The notes under the pieces: generated by a model
What the model was told of the DNA's origin: nothing
Database searches by the model: none
What the model saw: only the letters and a program-made list of their open reading frames with translations
Shown here: piece after piece, positions 18,309 to 27,263 of the stretch
How positions within the stretch are numbered: the first letter of the stretch is position 1
Layout: every line of letters starts with the position of its first letter
Assembly (NCBI RefSeq): GCF_000619845.1
Contig: NZ_JHUX01000003.1
Coordinates: 1,390,064 to 1,422,063, forward strand
Reading direction: 5' to 3'
DNA from: Alkanindiges illinoisensis DSM 15370
GTDB lineage: Bacteria; Pseudomonadota; Gammaproteobacteria; Pseudomonadales; Moraxellaceae
DNA: 32,000 nt
Made by a program: the position numbers and the translations under genes

Positions 18309-18896
18309 TTATTGTTGATACACAGGGGTAAAGTTAATATAACCAAAATGGCTAAGCAGCATAAAAGCCAGCCATGCCATAGCAATTAAGGTCACTGTAC
18401 CCAGCATATAATGCAAAAAGCTGGCATGCTTTTCAGGTGCCTGTCCAATAGGCTGGTTTGCAATTGCTACGTTGGCATCAGCATAAGTCATGACAATCGC
18501 CATAAACTCATCTAGCAACTCTCCTTCAAGCAGGTAAGGCTCAAAACGTTCCCAGCCATGACGGGCAAAAAATGCTTGAACCAGTGGGTCGTTCTGGGTG
18601 TACTTCATTTGCCAGCTATTAAACTGTTTTTGAGGACTGTGTTGATCATAAATCAACTTCTGACTGTGATGATATGGATATGCCAGTACATCAGCTTTAA
18701 GCTGATCCATTTTTCTGGTATGGCTTTCAAAATAATGAAAGAAGTGATCATTGCCGTAAAACAGCAATCCCGTAATGTCGCCACGCTGAAAATAGGTCAT
18801 CGCATCTTCGTTAAACTGGCTTAAAATATCCCGTTTAACGAGCGGACTGGCATCATTAATGGAACTGACAAAGACAACCTGCTGGTATTTTTGCAT
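18309..18896 (-). CDS. BLUF-like domain protein with C-terminal transmembrane anchor (photoactive Tyr and Gln apparently substituted)
   Basis: VVFVSS...DILSQ...DITGLLFYGNDHFFHYFES...FNSWQMKYTQND aligns by eye with the BLUF pattern (LIYSS...ITGLL...FLQVLEG...WSM). The hydrophobic segment MLGTVTLIAMAWLAFMLL lies near the C-terminus. Confidence 0.6.
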   Translation of the reverse strand: MQKYQQVVFVSSINDASPLVKRDILSQFNEDAMTYFQRGDITGLLFYGNDHFFHYFESHTRKMDQLKADVLAYPYHHSQKLIYDQHSPQKQFNSWQMKYTQNDPLVQAFFARHGWERFEPYLLEGELLDEFMAIVMTYADANVAIANQPIGQAPEKHASFLHYMLGTVTLIAMAWLAFMLLSHFGYINFTPVYQQ

Positions 18897-19222
18897 TTTC
18901 TCTCTTGATGCATCACTGGATTAGGGGATTAACTGGGCGCAATCTTACTATATTGCAGGTTGAACGCCTATTAACTACTTATTTATTTTTTAGATAAATT
19001 AAACAAATCTTATATTTAAAGATGATATTCAAACTCATTTACCTTCGTAAATTTTATAGTGATACAACAAATTTTGAAAAAAACTACAACTACTTACGCC
19101 AATTAACTGAATTGCATACTCGATCACATTTTTATGCTATTGCACTCTCAATATTCCTCGTAAGGTGAAATTATTAAGCCGCTCTTAATCTAGTTCATGA
19201 ATGCATTGATGGGAGGTTAAGT

Positions 19223-19393
19223 ATGAAAATCAAATCAGCCCTGTGCAATAAGTGCGGCAAGCAAACCAATTCTGAAGGCTATTGCAAGGAATGTGACACA
19301 GCGACTGTGGGCGGCACTGGACGAATTTTCATTATTAGCAATATTATTCTGATCGTACTGATTATGGCTTATATTTTTATTTTTCTGATTTGA
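19223..19393 (+). CDS. small (56 aa) zinc-ribbon plus C-terminal TM helix protein, not in the ORF track
   Basis: GGGAGG lies 7 nt upstream of the ATG. The product is MKIKSALCNKCGKQTNSEGYCKECDTATVGGTGRIFIISNIILIVLIMAYIFIFLI, with CxxC-N9-CxxC followed by a hydrophobic helix of about 22 aa. The stop is TGA at 19391-19393. Confidence 0.55.
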   Translation: MKIKSALCNKCGKQTNSEGYCKECDTATVGGTGRIFIISNIILIVLIMAYIFIFLI

Positions 19394-19626
19394 GCCTGAT
19401 CTTTAAACTAACTTATTTTTACGGGTCAATTTGCCAGGATTATCACTATCCTGCTTATTGTTTATTCTCTGATAGAAAAATCATTAATTTTAGTATTCAT
19501 CGCTAGCTTAGAATTCGCCAGCAATTTTAGTTACTTGCAAAACCTGAATGGTTTAGGTAACACAGAACTGTAATTAATGCCAACATTAAATAAATAAAAC
19601 AATGTGTTATGCTTGGCCTGAGTTAA

Positions 19627-20675
<1,049 letters not shown>

Positions 20676-20676
<1 letters not shown>

Positions 20677-21794
20677 TGAAGGTATTGATTGTTGGCGGTG
20701 GTGTTATTGGCCTGCTGAGCGCCCTTGAGCTATCACAGGCTGGCTGCGATGTAACTATTCTGGACAAGCAGGATTTTGGGCAGGCGGCCTCGTGGGCTGG
20801 TGGTGGCATTTTGTCGCCCATGTATCCGTGGCGCTATCCCGATGCGGTAAATCAACTAGCCCGCTTTGGCAAGTTCATCTACCAGCAATGGCAACCGCTC
20901 CTACAACAGGCTACAGGACTGGATATTGAAATTAATCCTTCCGGCATGCTGATTCTGGATGAAGCCGATTTTAATACCGGCTTAGGCTGGGCTACGCATG
21001 ACCGTGATCCGCAACAAAGCGCACAATTGTTAAGTGATTCAGCACTTAGCCGCATTAATCCGCGTTTAAATCCTCACATCACGCAAGGTTTATGGTTTCC
21101 ACAGCTTGCCAATATCCGTAATCCACGTCTGCTCAAAACCCTGATTGCGTTTTTAAAGCAGCAACCCAATGTCCGTATGCAACCCTTTACAACAGTGCAG
21201 CGTTTTGAAGTTAAAAATAATAAGATTTGCGCTGTTGTGGATGACAAAGGGACACATTGGCAGGCAGATCAGTATGTAATTGCCACAGGGGCATGGTCTG
21301 GTTTACTGAGTGAACAGTTTGACTGGCATATCCCAGTGAAGCCGATTCAGGGACAAATGATCCTGTTTAAAGCGCCTGCACAATGGTTACCGACCATGGT
21401 AATGCATCAGGGTATTTACCTGATACCCCGGCTGGATGGTCATATTGTTTGTGGTTCCAGCACCGATGATCTTGGCTTTAATACCGATGTGAATACTGAG
21501 ATTGGTTTAAAGCTTCAGCAAACCGCTTACCAGTTAGCTCCTGGCTTGCAGGATATGCCAATTGTCCATGCGTGGGCAGGTTTACGGCCTGGCGTGCCGG
21601 ATGGCGTGCCTTATATTGGCAAGGCGCCCCTTGGCCAATCACAGCAGCTTAACAATTTATGGCTGAATTGCGGACATTTTAGAAATGGTCTGGTGATGGC
21701 ACCCGCATCTGCACGATTGTTAAAGCAGCAAATGCTGGGCGAAGCCTTAATAGTTGACGAGGCAGCCTATCTGCCTGCCAACCGTCTAAGCTAA
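20676..21794 (+). CDS. thiO: FAD-dependent glycine oxidase (ThiO-like)
   Basis: It has the Rossmann motif KVLIVGGGVIGLLSALEL, the DAO-family layout, and a C-terminal GHFRNGLVMAP motif as in ThiO. Its ATG overlaps the hemB stop (TAATG). Confidence 0.65.
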
Positions 21795-21828
21795 TTCAAT
21801 TTTTATTCAACAGCTTAAGCCAAAGTTA

Positions 21829-22452
21829 CTAAGCCAAAGTTACGCTGGTCGGCAATTTGCCATGTGCTGCAAAATAAATGGCTTGTTCCAGTCGGTCATT
21901 GCCCCAGAACGGTTCATTGCCTACCATCATAAATGGTGCACCAAATACATCCTGCTGTAGCGCCTGCTGGGTTTGCTGCTTTAATTTTTGCTTGCCATCA
22001 TCACTGTTGGCTTCAGCAATAATCTGTGCACTGTCCTGCCCCAGTTTGTTCAGAATATTAGCAATTAGCTCACTGTTGCCAATGTCTTGATCATGGGCAA
22101 AGTTAGCCGTATAGACTGCACGGACAAAATCGCCAATCCATGTGCTTTCTGCATAATTGGCAGAAATCCGTGCAGCCAGCATGCCATTGCGTGGAAAAGT
22201 AGATGGTTTCTGGTACGGCATATTCAGGCTGGCACAAATACGCTGCATGTCATGCCACATATAATTGCCCTTGGCTGGAAAAAGCTCGTTAGGCGTGGTT
22301 TTCCAGCCATACTGCTGAAATACAGCGCCCAGTAAAAATACCCGCCAGCGCACTTTAACTCCGGCTTGCGCAGCCAGTTGCTCTACCCGCATGGCAGCAG
22401 GATAAGAATACGGACTGGCATATTCAAACCAGAAATCCAGTGTTTTCTCCAT
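21829..22452 (-). CDS. 2-hydroxychromene-2-carboxylate isomerase family (DsbA-like thioredoxin fold) protein
   Basis: The N-terminal LDFWFEYASPYSYPA and C-terminal FGAPFMMVGNEPFWGNDRL are typical of the HCCA isomerase/DsbA-like family. Confidence 0.8.
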   Translation of the reverse strand: MEKTLDFWFEYASPYSYPAAMRVEQLAAQAGVKVRWRVFLLGAVFQQYGWKTTPNELFPAKGNYMWHDMQRICASLNMPYQKPSTFPRNGMLAARISANYAESTWIGDFVRAVYTANFAHDQDIGNSELIANILNKLGQDSAQIIAEANSDDGKQKLKQQTQQALQQDVFGAPFMMVGNEPFWGNDRLEQAIYFAAHGKLPTSVTLA

Positions 22453-22520
22453 TGCTAAGTTCCTTGTGTGATGGATGAGTGGGATACGATTTTTAGTTAA
22501 CCCTGATTTCAGCTTGAGCG

Positions 22521-24674
22521 TTATTCATTGGCATACTGCTGCAACACCTGCTGGAAGTCATCACGTGTGGGTTCACCCAGCACCTGCTCAACCAACTGGC
22601 CGTTCTGGTACAGTAAAATAGCTGGTGGGCCAAACAGGTTAAGGGTTTTTAGCACGGCACGGCTGTCTGCATTGGTTTGCGTGACATCAAGTTTGACCCG
22701 TGTCCAGCCTTGTAATTCAGGCACCTGATTTTGCAAAAACAGCTCACGTTCAACAATTTTGCAGGCTATGCACCAGTCTGCTGTTAGCTCAACCAGCAAG
22801 CGTGGATGCTGTTGCTGATACTGCGATAATTGCGCAGTGGTATAAATGACTTTTACTGACTGCGGCGTACTGCTTTTTTGCAACAATGGGCTCAAAGGCC
22901 GTAATGGATCAGTAGCACCAAGCCCGGCACCAATTACCTGCATTACCGCCCAGAGTCCTACCACAATTGCCAAGACCTTGGTGAACAAACTGCCGCGACC
23001 TGCCCAGTACCACAACCATAAGGCAAAAAACAGGCTAAGCACTGCCCATAACAACAGCATCCACGGGCTTATAAACACCCGGTTTAGCAAAATCAGCGCT
23101 ACAGCAAATAGTAACAAGCCAAATCCGCGGCGTACCCAATTGAGCCAGTTGCCTGCTTTGGGTAAAAACCGGCCTTCGGTTGCACCCAGAATCATCAGTG
23201 GCACACCAAGTCCCAGACCAAGGCAAAATAATGCCACGGCGCCCAGCCACGGATTGCCGACGGTGGATACTGACAGCAGGACCCCTGCCAAAGGCGCAGA
23301 CAAACAGGGCGATACAATGAGTGCAGAAAAAAATCCGGCAACCCAGCAGCCGAGCACACTACCCGACCATTTGCTAGACTGGCCATATTGTCCAACTTTT
23401 TCAATACGGCCTCGGACAAATGCTGGCAGGCGCAGCTCAAACATCTCAAAACTATGCAAAGCCAGCAGCGCAAAAACAACCGCAAAACCAATCAGGATGG
23501 CAGGATGCTGCGACCATGCAATCAGGTTAATCTGATGGCCAAATAATGCAATCAGCGCACCCAACATGGCATAGCTACAAGCCACGCCAATGGCATAGCC
23601 CGCAGCCAGCAAAAAGCCATGTCCCGCCGAACGACGATGCTGGGTTGCCACCAGATTGGCCACAATCGGCAGCATAGGAAGCACACAAGGTGTAAAAGCC
23701 AGTCCAAGACCAGCCAGAAATAACAAACCCAGCGCCAGCAAGGTATGATCCGCCAAACCAAATGGATCACTGACCATACTATTGCCGGTAGCTACTGACG
23801 CAGGCTGACTTGGTAGTGCCGCAGCAATTTGAGGACTGTCTTTTTGAGGACTGTTTTTGAAAAGGGGGCTTTTGGCTGGTTGTACATCCGGTAAAGGCGT
23901 CGCCACAATCGGCGGTGCATCCCCCAGCGCAGTGATCTTGACGCTGGTTTTATTGTCTACCCTAGTTTGTGCTTTAGCATCAGTTTTCTGAGTGTTGCTA
24001 GTCTGAATATTATCAGTCTGGGCATTGCCATTTTGTTTAGATTCTTGTTTCTTACCAGTCTGAGCTATAGAAGAATTTTCTTTTTCCTTAACAGGTTTGG
24101 TATTGATAATCCGGGTTTGAAATTGCTCTGGTGGATAGCATACCCCTGCTTTTGCACAGCCCTGCCAGTTTAAGGTTAATGTGCCATTGCCCTGCACCGG
24201 CACAGTCAAATTGATATCCTGATGAAATACCGGCACACGGCCAAACTCAGGGTCATTTTCAAATTCTGGTTGCTGATCGAAACTGATTTTACCAACTGTT
24301 AAACCCGCACTACCCTGCACTGAAAAACGCTGCTGGTATAAATAATGCCCTGGCACAATATTGGCCTGAATCACCACCTTATCAGCGGTTTGCAAGGCTG
24401 AAAACTGGAATGCCTGGGTGGCTGATAAAAATGCAGGCTTGCTGCCCTGTTGCCCCAACAAGGTTCTGGACTGATTAAACGCTGCACCTGTATTTTTCTG
24501 GCCAAATACACTTTGTACAGGGGCTGTATTATTGGTTTCAGCGAATGAATTGGCTGACGTTTCTGCGCCGCTGATGCTGTAAACGGCGGTACATCCCAAA
24601 CCAATCAATAGCCTGATACCCAGTCCGCCAAACCCTAATTTTAACAACATTAAACCAACATCCTGCGACTTCAT
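22521..24674 (-). CDS. dsbD: thiol:disulfide interchange protein DsbD (protein-disulfide reductase) with an expanded alpha-to-membrane linker
   Basis: The DsbD-alpha Cys pair is WQGCAKAGVCYPP. The membrane core carries FTPCVLPMLP and SPCLSAP. The C-terminal thioredoxin motif is WCIACK. The ATG at 24674 (MKSQDVGLMLLKLGF...) gives a normal signal peptide, whereas the track start at 24707 is TTG. Confidence 0.92.
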   Translation of the reverse strand: MKSQDVGLMLLKLGFGGLGIRLLIGLGCTAVYSISGAETSANSFAETNNTAPVQSVFGQKNTGAAFNQSRTLLGQQGSKPAFLSATQAFQFSALQTADKVVIQANIVPGHYLYQQRFSVQGSAGLTVGKISFDQQPEFENDPEFGRVPVFHQDINLTVPVQGNGTLTLNWQGCAKAGVCYPPEQFQTRIINTKPVKEKENSSIAQTGKKQESKQNGNAQTDNIQTSNTQKTDAKAQTRVDNKTSVKITALGDAPPIVATPLPDVQPAKSPLFKNSPQKDSPQIAAALPSQPASVATGNSMVSDPFGLADHTLLALGLLFLAGLGLAFTPCVLPMLPIVANLVATQHRRSAGHGFLLAAGYAIGVACSYAMLGALIALFGHQINLIAWSQHPAILIGFAVVFALLALHSFEMFELRLPAFVRGRIEKVGQYGQSSKWSGSVLGCWVAGFFSALIVSPCLSAPLAGVLLSVSTVGNPWLGAVALFCLGLGLGVPLMILGATEGRFLPKAGNWLNWVRRGFGLLLFAVALILLNRVFISPWMLLLWAVLSLFFALWLWYWAGRGSLFTKVLAIVVGLWAVMQVIGAGLGATDPLRPLSPLLQKSSTPQSVKVIYTTAQLSQYQQQHPRLLVELTADWCIACKIVERELFLQNQVPELQGWTRVKLDVTQTNADSRAVLKTLNLFGPPAILLYQNGQLVEQVLGEPTRDDFQQVLQQYANE

Positions 24675-24939
24675 TGTTTTATAACAGTCTGCCAGTATAA
24701 AAAACAATGATGACTTTCCACCAACAAATATTTCCGCATTTTGTTAATGGGTTTTGTTACTTCAAAAAATATTTTTATTTTTGCAAAAATTCTGTCAACG
24801 CTTTATTTGCATGTAGCGTTATATAAGGGAATCACTTCATATTTACTGGTTTGGCTCTGTGTCATCGATGGCATCCTGATATAGGGCTCTTTTATTTGTT
24901 GTAGCATCCATTCTTCTGGAATGGGCAGCAAATCTTGGC

Positions 24940-24988
24940 GGCTGGCCTGAAACTCTCACATGCGCAAGCAGGGCCAGCCGTTATTTTT
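24940..24988 (+). terminator. orphan rho-independent terminator in a long AT-rich intergenic region (candidate sRNA 3' end or leader attenuator)
   Basis: GGCTGGCCTG-N19-CAGG(G)CCAGCC forms 10 bp with one bulge, followed by GTTATTTTT on the plus strand. No plus-strand ORF ends upstream of it. The reverse complement has no U-tract. Confidence 0.5.
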
Positions 24989-25360
24989 ACTACTTTCCTT
25001 TTATTATTTTCTATAAAAATATTTATTTTACACTCATTGTTTTAAGCATCACCATTATCTCGTGTTTAATCAACTTGTCTATTCGAGTTATTATTTTGTA
25101 TTTAAGTCCCTAATCAATATTATTTCGCCAAGTTTTTTCTTAAAAGCTTCTATTGATACTGTTCGTATTTTCTACTGGATATTTAACTGAATCATTTCAG
25201 AATGTAATGCTAGGGCTTAATCAGGTAAGTACGTGTTACAACGCAGCTTTTTGAAACATTTACTTAACGTTTCGCCCCAAAACTAAAACATTGTTGTCGT
25301 AATTCAATGCGTTAAATTAATTTTACCTTCTTAATTTATTTGACCGATGGATGATGACTT

Positions 25361-26377
25361 ATGGAAACTTCAAATCAGCATAGCAATATTCATCATGACC
25401 GCGTAACGGTCAGTGATATGCCATTATGGTACAACCGTGTTTCCTGGGGCGCAATTATTGCCGGTACAGCTGTTGCATTAGCGGTTCAGGTACTTTTAAT
25501 GCTGTTGGGTGCAGCGATTGGAATGGCAACCATTAATCCAGCCAGTGAAGCCAATCCAATGGATGGCATTGCAACTGGTGGCTTAGTCTGGTGGACCATT
25601 AGTTCCATTATTGCCATGTTTATTGGCGGCTGGGTCAGTGGCCGCCTGTCTAACGGCAATCCCAAGGATGGCCTGATGCATGGCGTCATGGTCTGGGCCT
25701 TATCTACCCTGCTGATTACCACTGCAATGGGTCGTGTTGTGACTGGCGTGGGCACCCTGATTGGTCATGGTCTGGCACTGGGCACCACAGCAGCAGTAAC
25801 TGCGGCTGCTTCCAATGATGATGATTCAAATGATACCCTGCGTAAAAATGGTTTTAATCTGGACAATATCCGCCAGCAAGCTGAAACCCTGTTACGCCAG
25901 ACTGGCAAACCTGAATTGCAACCGGAAAACCTGCAAGCCAAGGCTGAAAATGCAGCAGACAACACGGCTGCTACTGCTCAGGCCAATGCCAATACTGCAC
26001 CTGCACCTGCACCTGCACAGCAAAATGCCAATGTAGACCAGTTACTGCAAAACCTGTTCCGCGAAGGTCAGGACACTGTACAGGCGGTTGACCGTGAAGC
26101 CATGGTGAATGTACTGGTTGCCCGTGGTCAGACTCAGGCTGAAGCTGAACGTACCGTTGATGGCTGGATCGGGACTTACCAGACTGCCCGCCAGCAAATC
26201 AAGGCCGCTGAAGCCAAAGCACGTCAGGCAGCAGATCAGGCTGCTGAAGCTGCGGCTAAAGCAGCACTGTGGGCCTTTATTGCCTCACTGCTGGGTGCAA
26301 TTGCTGCTGCCATTGGTGGCCGTATGGCAATCCGTACTGTAGAAACCACCCGTGTTACCACTACCCGTAATGTATAA
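25361..26377 (+). CDS. hypothetical integral membrane protein (N-terminal multi-TM block, Ala/Gln-rich helical middle, C-terminal TM)
   Basis: Hydrophobic segments include WGAIIAGTAVALAVQVLLMLLGAAIG, GLVWWTISSIIAMFIGGWV, VMVWALSTLLITTAMG and the C-terminal LWAFIASLLGAIAAAIGG. The middle is low-complexity (ANANTAPAPAPAQQNAN, AAEAKARQAADQAAEAAAKAA). I recognise no family. Confidence 0.7.
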   Translation: METSNQHSNIHHDRVTVSDMPLWYNRVSWGAIIAGTAVALAVQVLLMLLGAAIGMATINPASEANPMDGIATGGLVWWTISSIIAMFIGGWVSGRLSNGNPKDGLMHGVMVWALSTLLITTAMGRVVTGVGTLIGHGLALGTTAAVTAAASNDDDSNDTLRKNGFNLDNIRQQAETLLRQTGKPELQPENLQAKAENAADNTAATAQANANTAPAPAPAQQNANVDQLLQNLFREGQDTVQAVDREAMVNVLVARGQTQAEAERTVDGWIGTYQTARQQIKAAEAKARQAADQAAEAAAKAALWAFIASLLGAIAAAIGGRMAIRTVETTRVTTTRNV

Positions 26378-26416
26378 CGACGGCACGGTTTATTCATAAC
26401 AGGTGCAAGCCTATCC

Positions 26417-26446
26417 AAAAGCGAAGCTGATCCGGCTTCGCTTTTG
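26417..26446 (+). terminator. rho-independent terminator
   Basis: AAAAGCGAAGC-tgatccg-GCTTCGCTTTT is a perfect 11-bp stem that includes the A/U tracts. It begins 40 nt after the stop at 26377. Confidence 0.7.
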
Positions 26447-26612
26447 TGCATCTGGAATAAGCTCAGCAGCGCTGGATATATAAGTTTTCACGATCTCACA
26501 AATTATAATCATTTCAGCCTATTAGTTTACTTTTTTAAAACTTTAGTAGCTTGAAGCTCCAGCCTTATCCCCTTAGGCTGTTTACACCATATTAATAACG
26601 AGGTAAGACACA

Positions 26613-27020
26613 ATGAAACTACCAGTACTTGTTGGTATCGCGATGTTAGGTAGTGTTGCCATGAGCAATGCACAGGCAGCCCCAATGGGTGAAGCATTCC
26701 AGTACAATCCAGCCAAACTTCAGCAAGTGTGCCGTGGCAAGTCACAGGGTGCTCCTGTGTCCCTGGCCATGAATGGGGTTGTTTTTAACGGTACGTGTGA
26801 ATACCGTTATATTCCAAATTCCCGCAACGTGCGCAACATTGATCCAATGGAAGCCGATCAGGCCTGTAGTGGCCAAGCCAGTTCTTCTGTCAATGCGACT
26901 GTAGATGGCAAGCAGGTGGCTGGTAAATGTGCGCTGGCCTTTAGAAACATTGGACCAAGCGGCAATATGTCTCCTGACATGTCAGGTACAGGCACCATGC
27001 CAAGTACAACTGGTCAGTAA
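26613..27020 (+). CDS. small secreted protein with four Cys in two repeated units, unknown function
   Basis: The signal peptide is MKLPVLVGIAMLGSVAMSNAQA. GAGG lies 9 nt upstream of the ATG. The mature part contains two similar C-x20/21-C units. Confidence 0.7.
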   Translation: MKLPVLVGIAMLGSVAMSNAQAAPMGEAFQYNPAKLQQVCRGKSQGAPVSLAMNGVVFNGTCEYRYIPNSRNVRNIDPMEADQACSGQASSSVNATVDGKQVAGKCALAFRNIGPSGNMSPDMSGTGTMPSTTGQ

Positions 27021-27080
27021 TGCCCAGTAATAATAAGTAATCAGCATTTAATACCAGAATAGTTTAATCAATCTTCTGGT

Positions 27081-27130
27081 AAATTCAGGCCATGTTGTAC
27101 ATTGATGCACATGGCCTGAATTTTATTTAT
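27081..27130 (+). terminator. rho-independent terminator
   Basis: AAATTCAGGCCATGT-N13-ACATGGCCTGAATTT is a 15-bp perfect stem running into TTTTATTTAT. Confidence 0.7.
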
Positions 27131-27263
27131 CGTTTTTATCTGCTCAATGTGTTCACTGTATAAAACCCCCACTTGTTAAAATTCTACTGCTTTGCCATAG
27201 CCCTGTTTTGCTAAAATCTGTTAGCCTTAAACCCGATCACCCCGCCAATGCGAATCAAGGAAT

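Noticed and set aside
19022-19168. A 48-codon plus-strand ORF (MIFKLIYLRKFYSDTT...) upstream of the Zn-ribbon mini-ORF
   Set aside because: It has no SD and no motif, and its composition is what AT-rich DNA yields by chance.
22846-23535. A 229-aa plus-strand ORF antisense to dsbD
   Set aside because: It is a shadow of the hydrophobic DsbD membrane core. The Pro/Ser/Arg/Thr-rich translation has no motifs and no SD, and its start is embedded in the coding sequence.
26527-26745. A 72-aa minus-strand ORF overlapping the start of the secreted-protein gene
   Set aside because: It overlaps a plus-strand gene that has an SD, a signal peptide and a terminator. It has no features of its own.
27154-27175. 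A possible SOS/LexA-type box (CACTGTATAAAA...) upstream of sbcD
   Set aside because: Only one CTGT half-site is present, with no matching ACAG at the correct spacing. Acinetobacter-like lineages also lack a canonical LexA.
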